A stretch of 64,000 nucleotides of DNA from Octopus vulgaris (Eukaryota), in assembly GCA_951406725.2 (NCBI GenBank), contig OX597816.1, positions 144,336,001-144,400,000 on the forward strand, given 5' to 3'. The position numbers were made by a program, and so were the translations under genes. Below are positions 51,949 through 64,000 of the stretch, one piece after another; position 1 is the stretch's first letter; the number at the start of each line of letters is the position of its first letter. The notes beneath the pieces were generated by a model. The model had not been told where the DNA came from and made no database searches. It worked only from the letters and a program-made list of their open reading frames with translations.

Positions 51949-53811
51949 AGATTCGACCCGGTACTAGACTGGTATTTTATTTTGAACCCCGAAAGGTCTA
52001 GAGGCAGAAGTTGGCCCATGCGAGATTTGAGCTTAAGGTATACTGAAAAGAATATCACAAAACTGCCAACTTGCTGCCATAAATATTCTTCTGTCGCAAA
52101 AATACGTTAAGAGTATCAAATTCTTTGCTCTGCTATTCAGTTGTCGTCATGCTACTAAGCATTTAATTACTGAATATTATATAATAAACACGATCCCCTT
52201 ACACATTCTGCTGTCTATTTTGCTACTGAGTAACGAGGAAGAAATCTGTTACGTTTATTTTACAAGAAATGCATTGTGAGATCTGATGATGTAACAATAT
52301 GCTTGCAGATGTGGGTTGAGCTGAACGTAGAAAGTGAAGTTAGGGGAAGATGGAGCGCCATGAAAGATCGATGACAATGGTATGACACAGCAGGCATATA
52401 TTTATATGGCTATGTATGGTACAGAAATAGGCTTTTCGCTGTTGCATGAGTTAATTCACATTTCAAAGATGTAAATAATTCATATAGTGTTCATAGTGCC
52501 GGATTTAGATATGGTGAGACCCAAAGCTATATAAAGCCTGGAGGTCCATTGCTAAAAGATTACACATTTCACGAAAATTGAAGACAGAGACACGCTTTTT
52601 AATTGTTGTGAGGCTCCTACAGATTGCGTGGCTTTAGGATGTAGATTGCTTATGCCAGTTGTTGTTCATAACTTCGAATATTCTAATAAACATTTATACT
52701 AAAGGAGTTTATGATTTTTGGCAATATTTTAATAACATTTGGGCTTGTTATGTACGTTTACAATGTGGGATTTGACTATGCAATGATTACATAAGCAAAA
52801 GATTCTCGGCGTTCTTTCTCAGCTTAGAAGAAATAGCAGGTAAACCGTCTCAAATAAGCAATTATTATATAACGTAGTTTTAAATATACTGTCTCAAAAG
52901 AAAAAAATAACAAGAAAGAAAAATGTGAGAGACAGACTGATCCAGTTGTAATGGCCTTTCATGATATTTCTACTTGATCCAAGTTGGTCTGGAGCTAATC
53001 AAAAACTACAGCTAATTTGATATCTAATAAATCAAGGAAAATGTTGTAAATACATTAGTAGTACTTTTGTGTGTTTGTATGTTGGTGTGTTAGTGTTGGC
53101 ATATGAGAGTATGCGCGTGCGTGTGAGAATGACCTTTTTTGCAATTAGTACATTTGTAGAGCGTGCTAATAATTACTTTACGACTTTATCACATGTCTCT
53201 TGTACCATCAGCATGAAACAATTTAATGAGAAATTAAAAGTGCATCCTGACAACTAATAATCAAAAGTCTGAAAACACACGTGTATGTGTGTGCATGTGT
53301 ATACATACATACATTCATACATACATACATACATACATACATGCATACATACATACATACATACATACATACATACATACATACATACATACATACATAC
53401 ATACATACAAGGAATTATATTTACACAAACACAAACACGAGCGTCATGCAAATATGAACAAGACATCCGAGCTATGTATCTGTATATAATATATACAAAC
53501 TCATGTACATATACGCGTATTGATTCATACACACGTTCAAACATACATGGAACATATACTCATGTTCACAAAAACTGTTTTACTCTGGAGTAGGACCGGA
53601 AGCTTTTATCGTGTCACCACGATAGTGGAACTTCACTTATACTAGCAGTATGCACATGTTTTCATGAACGTCATTTACATATCTCTTTATCATAAGGGAA
53701 GTCCGAATACGATTATAAACAAACATACATGTATTAATATATCAACCATCCATTCATTCATCCACCTATGTATATACATCCATCCACCCATCCATAGACC
53801 CACCCACCCAT

Positions 53812-53871
<60 letters not shown>

Positions 53872-53891
53872 AGATATATACATACATACAT

Positions 53892-53922
<31 letters not shown>

Positions 53923-54740
53923 TACTTGCGCTAACATGATATCTAAATGATAGCGTTTTGGCAGTGACACAGGCAGGTTTTTATGCAGAGAGTTTACGTA
54001 GTGCATATTTTTGTAAGGTAGTAATTGACGAAATACACGAAACGGATTGATTACTTGAGAGATGAAATCGAGAATAACTGACATAGAGGATTCTTCGTTG
54101 GCTAGAAATATTTATTGTGAGTATTATTTTGCTGAAAGTCAGTCCTGCTCGAGCAGATCTCCGAGGAAGGCCTTCGAGCAACGACCACGCGTCTTATTGT
54201 AAAACAGAAGCACAGAGTATCTTGGATTGTATCATACAACTGACCATGTTTGAAAACACGTGTAAATTTATTTATTGACTGTTAAAACACTTTCGTTAGA
54301 GGTGATCTTCGAATGATACTTTTCCGAATCACTAGCTTACTGGCAAGTGCTTCACTTCAGATTCCAGTAGCGTCTAGTTGATGCAATGCATGCGAGAAAA
54401 CAAGGTTACCTTCACATGGTCAGTTGTATGATACAATCCAAGATACACTGTGCTTCTGTTTTACAATAAGACGCGTGGTCGTTGCTCGAAGGCCTTCCTC
54501 GGAGATCTGCTCGAGCAGGACTGACTTTCAGCAAAATAATACTCACAATAAATATTTCTAGCCAACGAAGAATCCTCTATGTCAGTTATTCTCGATTTCA
54601 TCTCTCAAGTAATCAATCCGTTTCGTGTATTTCGTCAATTACTACCTTACAAAAATATGCACTACGTAAACTCTCTGCATAAAAACCTGCCTGTGTCACT
54701 GCCAAAACGCTATCATTTAGATATCATGTTAGCGCAAGTA
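53923..54740. mobile_element. Foldback/MITE-like element with 327-bp near-perfect inverted arms and 164-bp spacer, TA at both outer ends
   Basis: 53923-54249 is the reverse complement of 54414-54740 with one mismatch seen (cagAgtatc versus gatacActg); identical mirror ORFs 53981-54181(-) and 54482-54682(+). Confidence 0.9.
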
Positions 54741-54899
54741 ACTTGACTTTGATCTTACGTAATCAAAGGTGACTAATCGATTGTTGACCAGCAGTCGTTG
54801 ACTATTCCCGAAAGTTTTCGATCTTGTTCCTAAAAGCTTAAGTGAACAAAGGCTCATTAAAGTAAATTGCTTTGTTCTAGGAATAACTAACGCTGCAAC

Positions 54900-55600
54900 T
54901 CTTGGCACCAGTCTCTGTCTTTTCTATCGTTACTACCACGGAAAGTGGTCTGACGAACTTTCTCTCTTAGTTCCAGACCACTTTCTACCATCTCACCTGA
55001 CTCGGAACTCACAGCGTCTCCATCCAAATTTTATTGTGCTGCCAAAATTAAAGAAGTTTTCCTACGTTGTAAGTTTTTTTCCTCGAACTGTCAAACTTTG
55101 GAACTCTTCCATCTCATTGTTTTCCTCCTTCATATGACATGATCTTTTTCATAGGCGTAGGAGTGGCTGTGTGGTAAGTAGCTTGCTTACGAACCACGTG
55201 GTTCCGGGTTCAGTCCTACTGCGTGGCACCTTTGGTAAGTGTTCCTACTATAGCCTCGGACCGACCAAAGCCTTGTGAGTGGATTTGGTAGACAGAAATT
55301 GAAAGAAGCCCGCCGCACATATCTATACACTTATATGTATGTGTGTGTGTGTGTATGTGTTTGTGTGTCTATGTTTGCCCCCCCCCCCCCCAACATCGCT
55401 TGATGACCGATGCTGGTGTGTTTACATCCCCGTAACTTAGCGGTTCGGCAAAATAGACCGATAGAATAAATACTAGGCTTACAAAGAATAAGTCCTGGGG
55501 TCGATTTGCTCGACTAAAAGGCGGTGCTCCAGCATGGCCACAGTCTCATGACTGAAACAAGTAAGAGAGTAAATCTAAAGTAAATCCATTCCTCTCGTGC
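54900..55600 (+). mobile_element. CR1/Jockey-group LINE 3' end interrupted by a SINE
   Basis: LCLFYRYYHGKWSDELSLLVP..TRNSQRLHP..FFPRTVKLWNS..FPPSYDMIFF, resuming KSKVN after the SINE at 55151-55571. Confidence 0.75.
55151..55571 (+). mobile_element. SINE family A, full-length
   Basis: ataggcgtaggagtggctgtgtggtaag..gttccgggttcagtcc..gactgaaacaagtaagagagta. Confidence 0.9.
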
Positions 55601-55971
55601 TAATTTCCCTTTCTTCGTAGTTCCTTATGCTATGTAACTTTTCGCCTTTTTTGTGTGTGTGGGTCTTTCAATGAAAAATAAAAGACAAAACAATCTAGCA
55701 CTGGATTTGATTTCACCCAGTCTGGTTGTGTGTTTAAAAAGTTTGCTTTACAATCGCATAGTTGCAAGTTCGGGCCCATTGTAAGTGTCTTCAACTATAG
55801 CCGCGGGTTGGCAAATATTTTGTAAATGGAATTTGGTCGGCGGAAACTGTGCGGAAGCCTGTCGAATATACATGTAATGTATGTACGGGTGTATGTATTT
55901 TCCTAGCATACATCGGCGAAAAATATAATGATCGTCGAAAAAACTGTAAAAGGGACGTTTTCCAAACGACG

Positions 55972-56094
55972 CAGCAGCATCAGCATTATCATCATCATCA
56001 TCATCATCACCACCACCGCCCCCGCCACCGCCTCCGCCCCCGCCTCCGCCCCCGCCTCCGCCACCGCCTCCGCCGTCATCGTCATCATCATCAT

Positions 56095-56126
<32 letters not shown>

Positions 56127-56135
56127 GTAGCAGCA
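55972..56135. repeat. Compound (CAG)/(CAT)/(CCGCCY)n repeat
   Basis: Direct inspection. Confidence 0.9.
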
Positions 56136-56539
56136 ATAATCTTGGCTATGCAAAGCAATTTATAACATGTAATTTCTGTAATTCAGATGGACAAGAGACG
56201 TTCCCTGTTGGTGAGAGGCAGTTCAGTTAGAAGCCAATTTCCAGTGAGATAGACAAATAGTTCTAATCATGAATACACGATGAGCAAACACTGTACAGTG
56301 ATGGCAAGCATCTTGTAAGCATTCAAGTTCGATTCCCTAGCTTCTAAGTAAGTACCTATGTTTTCCGGCTGTAGTTAACCATCCGAAAGGCTGAGTTTTG
56401 CTTTTGACCTACTAGCTGAAAAAGACTTTTTAAGGGTTACTGCAGAAGTCTTTAAACAGATACACATTATAAAACAAACTCTCCATTATTCTCATATCTA
56501 CTATTAGCTGGTAGGCTTAATACGAAAATATAAATGGGA

Positions 56540-57045
56540 TGGTCATGGATGGTAACGGTCCGACAATTGGGCGCACACGAAAAATAATATACCAGGGATA
56601 TATGCAATCAGAAGACGTATAATATGAAGTAGAAATCAAAATAAGAACCGAGATGGTAGGAAAGCCATTTGAAAAAAATATGTGAAACATATCAACATCG
56701 AGAAACATGAAGCTTGAAACCAAAAGGAAAGTATTGAAATACTATGCATAATCCACCCTGTTACACGGAAGTGGAACGTGGACATTATACAAAAGTATAA
56801 GCAAATGGATTAGTAGACAGAACACAAAACTAATTGCTAGACAAAAAAAGAAAAAAACTATTGGATACCACACACAAAAAAAAAGAAGTAAAAACTTAAT
56901 TAGAAAAAAATGATTTATAGAGACTGTTAATAGAAGAGAAAAATTGTTCAAGGTTAATTAGAAAACGTGGACGGATAATATCAAGAATTAGACAATGTGA
57001 AAATACATTGAATGTGGAAGGACACCATAACGACGAAAGAGAAAA
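56540..57045 (+). mobile_element. Highly decayed RTE-clade LINE 3' fragment
   Basis: YEVEIKIRTEM, MKLETKRKVLKYYA*STLLHGSGTWTL resembling the RTE LLYGxETWT block. Confidence 0.6.
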
Positions 57046-57074
57046 AAGAAAGAAAGATAGATAGACAGAGATAG

Positions 57075-57149
<75 letters not shown>

Positions 57150-57260
57150 TGCTTTTTTACCTGCTGAGATCAGACGATACTTGGTGAGGATGGTTAAGAC
57201 TGGAGTGTCTTCGATCACTACTAACCTTCGACCACTACTAAACTTCACCGCTTTAGTTAG

Positions 57261-57326
57261 TCTCTACAAAAGGCGTCCAATGACTATCAACATCACCATA
57301 TAGTCCTTGGATACCTTTTGTAGAGA
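57261..57326. other. 66-nt hairpin (27-bp stem, 12-nt loop)
   Basis: tctctacaaaaggcgtccaatgactat-caacatcaccat-atagtccttggataccttttgtagaga. Confidence 0.75.
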
Positions 57327-59382
57327 TGAAAGCATTCATACCAGATACGCTATTCCGTCAACACACAGCGTGTTGATAGAACGAGGATCTTACCCACAGT
57401 ATTGAACTATAGACGTTCAGTTTGATCATTGAACACATCAATATCACCTGTCTGAAACATCCTACAATTGTCTCTCTCTTGACTAAATTACTACAAAAGG
57501 ATACTTTACATTTTGAAGCTTCACTTCATGCATACGAAGTTATACTTTCAGTATTTATCAATGGAACATTAGAACAACCGAGTTGAAGAGCAGGAAAATA
57601 AGTGGAACAGTTTAACCACAAAGCCACGCTTTAAGCTTTGATTCATTGAAAGCTTGGGAAGCTGGATCTAAAGAGACTATCTGATATCTAATCAAGAACC
57701 CCGCTCAGTTTGTATCCTATCACTAGTGTTGTGTTGTTAATATAATCAAGGAACTAATATCTCAAATGTCTGTGCCAACATATCTGAAAACCGTAGCAAT
57801 TGGCAGGAACAACTACGATCCGCAGGAAGCGTTAGTACTGAAAATTGACAGTTGTTTCTTCAGTCTGCAGAGCTGAGTTCCTTGTGTGAGTGTAACTCGG
57901 ACAGAAATTTGTTCTACTAATATAAACTAACTTGTCCTAAATACATCATGAAAGCAAAATATTCAGATTTCCTTAGGACTGACCATTACTGATTTGAGAT
58001 CAAAATTACAAGTTAAAGAAACAATTTGTCGAACTATTCTCACTACTTTTAGCAAAAGTCTTTGCATCTTCGTAGTGTTAAAAGACTGGAATAGTTACGG
58101 AAAGTTATTGTTATTTTCTGAATTTAAAACTCCTTTTTTCCATGAACGAATTTGTTTAAATCTAAATGGCATGTTATAATGATTTCTCACATTGAAAATA
58201 TGCATAGCTGAGTAAATTGGTCTTATAAGAATACTGAACTTATTTCAACAAAATGAACACAGACATGACTGTATGGTTGAGATTTTTGCTTCGTAATCTT
58301 GTAGTTTCAAGTTCATTCAAGTTCATTGTGAGACACCTTGGGCAAGTGTCTTTAATAGTTGTTTCAAGTTCAACAAACCCCGTGAGTAAAAATTCGGTAG
58401 ACGAAAATTGCATGCACTATTCCTGTTCAAACTTAATCCACAATCCAGTCCAACATCACTACCTGGATCTCGAACGTCTTTAGCTGAATCAGTTCTGTAG
58501 CAAAACTTCGGGCTAGATTTCCGTCTGAAAATAACTCTTCAATAATTTCGGAGGGTCTGAAAAAGGTCATGGGTGCTAGCCTATTTCATTTGATTAAATC
58601 CATGACAAAATCTTGGAGAGTGATGAATTGGAGATGGCATTAGCAGGACCTCAACTCGGATCGTAGAAAAGAAAATAACCACTGAAACAGATCTAGTTCA
58701 GCGCTCCACTATTTTCTGCTCCTCAACTACATACAAGTGTCTTATAAATCCTTAATTCAGTAATAATCATTCTTTGAATGTGGTTACGTGTTTCAAGGAT
58801 AATATGTTTATTTGTTCAAAGAAGGTAAATTTAAGATCAGATTCGTTAGAGAAGTAAAATTTTTAGAGTCTTAATATTATTCCTAGTTTGTTTGGTCTAA
58901 ATATTACTATCTTACAGAAGAACAGTGCCACTTTTTTGGAAGGAATCATCCCTGTGTGGTAACAGTATCTATTATATGAACTTCGGTGAGACGAAAGGCC
59001 AAGTAAAGCCCAATGCGATTTGAATTTTGTAAAAAATAGAATGAAACTAAATACTGCAGTGTATTTTTAGTTCGGTTGTTAACTGTTTCTCTCACCATCA
59101 CTACCACCACCACTACGACCACCATAACAAGATAGGAAATACCATCACATCAGTGAAAAGTATAATGTTATATATTAAGGTAAAATATATAACCTCTAAT
59201 ATTGACAAAAGGTCACATATTGGTGGAGAGATAGATATAATCAATTAAGTCGACGATCCACGTACATGATAAGTAGTTATTTTAACATTCCTGGAAATGG
59301 AAAACCGAAGGAAATAATAAGAGACGCGTCTAGAAACTGCGAAGAATTCTGTCTAATGCTGTTTCTGTTATCTATCACCCTC

Positions 59383-59458
<76 letters not shown>

Positions 59459-59653
59459 TATATAATATAGGATAAAATTTTTCGGAAAAAATTCTATCTA
59501 TAACAACTTATAAATTAATACCTTTATAAACTAATGCCCTTTATAAGTTGTATATATATATATATATATATATACATACAAGTGAGTGGACAAACGAAAG
59601 AAGGGCACTCAACCAATTTATTGGGAGTTACATGTATGGATCAAACTATTTCG

Positions 59654-59697
<44 letters not shown>

Positions 59698-60017
59698 GAC
59701 GGACTTGTGCACAATTTCCACCTGGTACTCAGAAGATATTGGTCAATTAGTGAAGATGCCGAGCAGTGGGATCGAACCCGAGACTACCTAGCTGGCAATA
59801 AAACCACAGGGCCGAATAAATAGAGTACATCTTGCCTAAAGGTGGCTTTGCTTTTTACCAAAGAAGAGTGGAGTTCTAGTGGTAGTAATGACGGTCGAAT
59901 TCGAAACCAAATTCAAAAGTATTGAGTTGGAGCTAAAATGTTGATTGTGTATAACCAATCAAAGTATGATCAAAAGTATGATCAAAAGCCATGATCGTTA
60001 TATCATTTTAGGGCATG

Positions 60018-60341
60018 TGCTGGCACTCCGTCGGTTCGACGACGAGGGTTCCAGTTGATCCGATCAACGGAACAACTCGCTCGGGAAATCAACCTGCGAG
60101 TGGCTGAGCCCTCTGCAAACAGGTGTGTCCTTAACGTAGTTCTATGGGAAATTCAGCGTGACACAGAGTGTGACAAAGCTGGTCCTTTGAAATACAGGCA
60201 CTACTCATTTTTGCCATCTTAGTGGACTGCAGCAATGTGAAATAAAGTGTCTTGCCCATGGACACAACGCGTCGCCGGGAATTGAACTCACAACTTTACG
60301 ATCGTAAGTCGAATATCCTAACCACTAGGCCGCGCGCCTTC
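60018..60341 (-). mobile_element. tRNA-derived SINE family D, full-length-like
   Basis: Minus strand ggcgcgcggcctagtggttagg A box, gagttcaattccc B box, gtgtccatgggcaagacactttatttcac central domain; 3' body shared with 44450-44520 and 50340-50440. Confidence 0.8.
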
Positions 60342-60668
60342 GTTTTAGGGCATGTAAGTTTACATTATTCAATGTATTCCTTCCTTTTCCCAAGACGATA
60401 AGGTTGTTCGTTGAAAGGGATTTGTTTGTTCCATCTAGCAGGAACGCGTAGAAGCCCTCTCACTGGTTTGCTTGTCTACGATTCTTAAGGTGAAATGACT
60501 CACTGGAATTACCAGAGTCGTAACAGTGTTGGGTACATTGCCTAGAAGTATTTTTTCTGTCTCTTTGTAGTTTGAACTCAAATCTTGCCGAGGATAACTT
60601 TGCTTTTCTTCTTATCAGTCAGGGTCGATAAAATAAAATGACAATCCACTAATGGGGTTGACCAACTA

Positions 60669-60746
60669 TTCTTCTTCTTCTTCTTCTTCTTCTTCTTCTT
60701 CTTCTTCTTCTTCTTCTTCTTCTTCTTCTTCTTCTTCTTCTTCTTC
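60669..60746. repeat. (TTC)n microsatellite
   Basis: Direct inspection. Confidence 0.95.
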
Positions 60747-60890
60747 TTTCTTGTGACATGGGGGTCAACCATATTTGAATGCCCAATACGCCCTACGTAT
60801 ATTCCCTACTACAGCACATCTTTGAATTCACCTGGAGCCCGAAGTTTATGGCTGAAAAGTACACTATACTATTAGCTCACACCTTCTAAC

Positions 60891-61059
60891 TAGTCTTAAG
60901 GCATAGACATACTGGCCAATTGCCCGGGGGTCTTACGGGTCTAGGGGCCTAATTATGATTCATGTACTGTATGCTGTACCTTGTTGTCTATAAATAAAAA
61001 CTATAGGGCCCAGTGTAGTGATTTGCCCGCGGGCGTATAATGCTGCTACGACGCCCCTG
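60891..61059. mobile_element. hAT-like MITE with 8-bp target-site duplication
   Basis: cttctaac at 60883-60890 and 61060-61067; right terminus ..gacgcccctg; subterminal ttgcccggggg and ggggcc motifs; left terminus damaged. Confidence 0.6.
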
Positions 61060-61970
61060 CTTCTAACTGCAGTGGTTGCATTGAATATTTTATGATAGAC
61101 GCATTTGTGTATTTAGCTAATATAAGATTTGGTTGCTGTTAAGTACAAGAAGGTTTGGTTGCAATTACGTAGAAAGCATCATCATTAACTCGTCTATCAG
61201 CCGGTATTCCGGCTTTCAACACATTCGACTAACTTCGTTAACACTGCAGCCATATAGCAATGCCTCAATCGCACATTCGAAGCACACCTACATACATTCC
61301 CAACCGGCTGGCTGCTTATTTGCACATGGCCCAACAAATGTCTATTTTTTTTCATTTATTACTTTGTTATGTCTTCCTTTCTGTTTGTTTTTTTGTTTAT
61401 TTTAGTTAACTTTATTTTTATCTCAGCCATGTGACCTTCTAATCATCTGCCCTTCACCTTACACTGCAGAGACACAAGTAACTTTTTTTTTACGTTTTCA
61501 TTCCCCTCTGCTCCACAAAACAAACCTCTTTAGTTGGAAGTCTACGTGCACGTAACGTAGATATATGTCTAACAATATAGAAATGTCAATGTAACACACA
61601 CACACACACGTTACATACACAATCAAACACACACATACATACACATACATACGTAAACATGTACACTTAAACACACATAAACACATATACACACATAAAC
61701 ACATATATACATATATACATTCGCAATGCTAAAACATAAACCCTCGCGCATCGCACGCGCACGCACACACACACATACACGCTCAAACCCACTGAAACAC
61801 ATTCTTTTATTCTTTTAACAGTTCTCGTCATTGGACTGTGGCCATGCTGTTGCATATATATGCATACAATGCATATATAGATAGATGCCGGCGTACTCAT
61901 ATATACTAACATAACCATACTAAAACACTAATAACATAAACTTCCTAAGCTAAAACAGACACCAGAACGC

Positions 61971-62190
61971 ATGTATGTATGTATGTATGTATGTATGTAT
62001 GTATGTATGTATGTATGTATGTATGTATGTATGTATGTATGTATGTATGTACGTACGTACGTATGTATGTATTATGTATGTATGTATGTATGTATGTATG
62101 TATGTATGTATGTATGTGTGTATGTATGTATGTATGTGTGTATGTATATATTTATGTATGTATGTATATATAGTGTGTGTGTATGTATGT
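61971..62190. repeat. (TATG)n microsatellite
   Basis: Direct inspection. Confidence 0.95.
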
Positions 62191-62300
62191 ATCGATAAAT
62201 ACATATACACATATGTCTTGTTTTTCTGTAAATTTCAACTATATATATATATATATACGTGTCTAAAGTAAAGCATACACATTAGAATACATAGAAACAG

Positions 62301-62362
<62 letters not shown>

Positions 62363-62685
62363 CACACAGCCTCCGAATAGAGGTACATACAGTAAATTAA
62401 AATGAACATTAACGTCAGTCTAACTGTTTAAAGGAGCAGAGTCCAGCGAGGATGATGGGAAATGGTGATTTGATAAGGGAAGCTGGTAAATAAGAGGTGA
62501 TGGATGAGAGAGTGAGATATAGAGAGAAAGAGAGCAATTTGGGGAGCGGGTGGGGGCAAGAGATAAGTAGGGACACACAGACAAACTTACAGATAGTCAA
62601 ATAGATGAGTAGTTTGGTAGATGTACATGTCTGTAAGCGTATATGTGAAATTATATATATATATATATGTGTGTGTATATATATA

Positions 62686-62717
<32 letters not shown>

Positions 62718-62724
62718 ATATATT

Positions 62725-62758
<34 letters not shown>

Positions 62759-62826
62759 TATATATGCATATATACTACATATATACATTGCAACTTACAT
62801 ATTTTCCCATCTTTCTCAGCCTTCTT

Positions 62827-62873
<47 letters not shown>

Positions 62874-63224
62874 GTGTGTGTGGTGAAAGCAAGTCAAAGA
62901 AAGATGGAGAAAGGCAGTACGCACAAAAATAAAAACAAAAAAAAATGAAATAAAAAAGAGGAAGGATCGAAATTCCATTTGTAAGCGGTGGTGGGGATGT
63001 AGTTATGTGCTGGTTGTGAACTTTTTAAGTGGCTTTCTTCGTCTGGGCAGATGCTGGCGGTGAGATGGAACGCTGTGGTATGTTTAGAGAAAGTGTACTT
63101 GACTGATATGTATTCGGTCAGAGGGGAATTGTCTTGCTTCAGGAATAGTCTTATATATGCCCATTTATAATTAATCCTTTTCCACTTTCTGTTTCTCGTT
63201 CTCGTAACATGTTCGTTATGTTGA

Positions 63225-63301
<77 letters not shown>

Positions 63302-63332
63302 CATCCATCTGTCTGTCTACCAATGTATGTAT

Positions 63333-64000
63333 GGGGGAGGTACGACGACGAGCTCGGGGCAAACCTGGGCGTCGACGAGGAATACCTGACCCGCCTGTTT
63401 CAAACGACTTTCGGCCCGGGACCTATGGACAACTTCCAGAGATCCCTGGCCTGGCGGTGCTACCGAGAAGCGCTACCCGTTCGGGATAAGCTCTATAGGC
63501 ATGGCTCGAGAAACACGGGGCCGACCTGCCCGAGATGCGGGCAGAGCGATGAAACCGCTCTGCACGCAATCGTGCAGTGTCCAGCAATTTCCCACCTGTG
63601 GGCTTATGTCGAACGACTGCTGTCACGTGTGGGACGTGTCGGTTTATCAGCCGAGTCTATCGTTAATATCGTCACGCCTCCTTCCTTCAAACGGGAAGGA
63701 AGAGCTATTTTTATCATACTTGTGGCTATGGCGAAAGAATGTATCTGGTGGACGCGTCTGAAAGGATTAGAGACAAACACTTTCCTCTCTGGTCAATCTC
63801 TCATCAACTTCTTCAAGTATCACTTGAAGAAAAAAGTGAGTAGAGAGGCAAGTTTTGTCTAGTGAATGTTTTAAAAAAAGATGGGTGAATGTAGCAAGGA
63901 TGGCACGTAAGAATGACGAAGCCACCTTGACTATGATTCTATGAACCGTAAAAATTAATACAGAGAGTTGCTTATTTGCAAACAAAAAAAAAAAAAAAAA
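63333..64000 (+). mobile_element. 5'-truncated L1/Tx1-clade retrotransposon (ORF2 C-terminal zinc-finger region, 3' UTR, poly-A)
   Basis: LAWRCYREALPVRDKL..TCPRCGQSDETALHAIVQCP..LW (zf-RVT CCHC), AKECIWWTR, frameshifted end FKKRW..* at 63944, A-run to the window end. Confidence 0.85.

Noticed and set aside
53981-54682. Identical 66-aa ORFs on opposite strands
   Set aside because: Consequence of the inverted repeat; TTG start and no homology recognised.
55748-56230. Poly-Ala/Asp/Gly/His ORFs resembling a transcription-factor exon
   Set aside because: Compound simple repeat next to a decayed SINE; flanks lack coding character.
60652-60771. (TTC)n flanked by atggggttgacca/atggggtcaacca as a TSD-bounded retroposon tail
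   Set aside because: Direct repeat is imperfect and the left copy is part of a SINE B remnant; insufficient support.

Overview
AT-rich, microsatellite-saturated, apparently gene-free animal DNA (intergenic or intronic). The repeat complement (tRNA-derived SINEs with internal TA/CA microsatellites, Dong/R4, RTE, CR1/L2-like, Tx1/L1 and Penelope-like fragments, Tc1/mariner, Helitron, MITEs) strongly suggests an octopus/coleoid cephalopod genome; this is an inference from repeat recognition. No intact host gene was found, and nearly all ORFs in the track are microsatellite translation artefacts or decayed transposon fragments. The most notable signal is a set of minimal type-I hammerhead ribozyme motifs in several distinct Penelope-like (PLE) terminal-repeat families, including core variants (U6, C4). 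One of them sits in a TSD-flanked insertion (39720-40077) that joins a tRNA-derived Pol III head to a hammerhead-bearing PLE end, a candidate Penelope-mobilised, ribozyme-bearing SINE. Also present: a near-perfect 327-bp foldback element, a pre-miRNA-sized hairpin and several MITEs. All coordinates and alignments were done by eye; boundaries are approximate.
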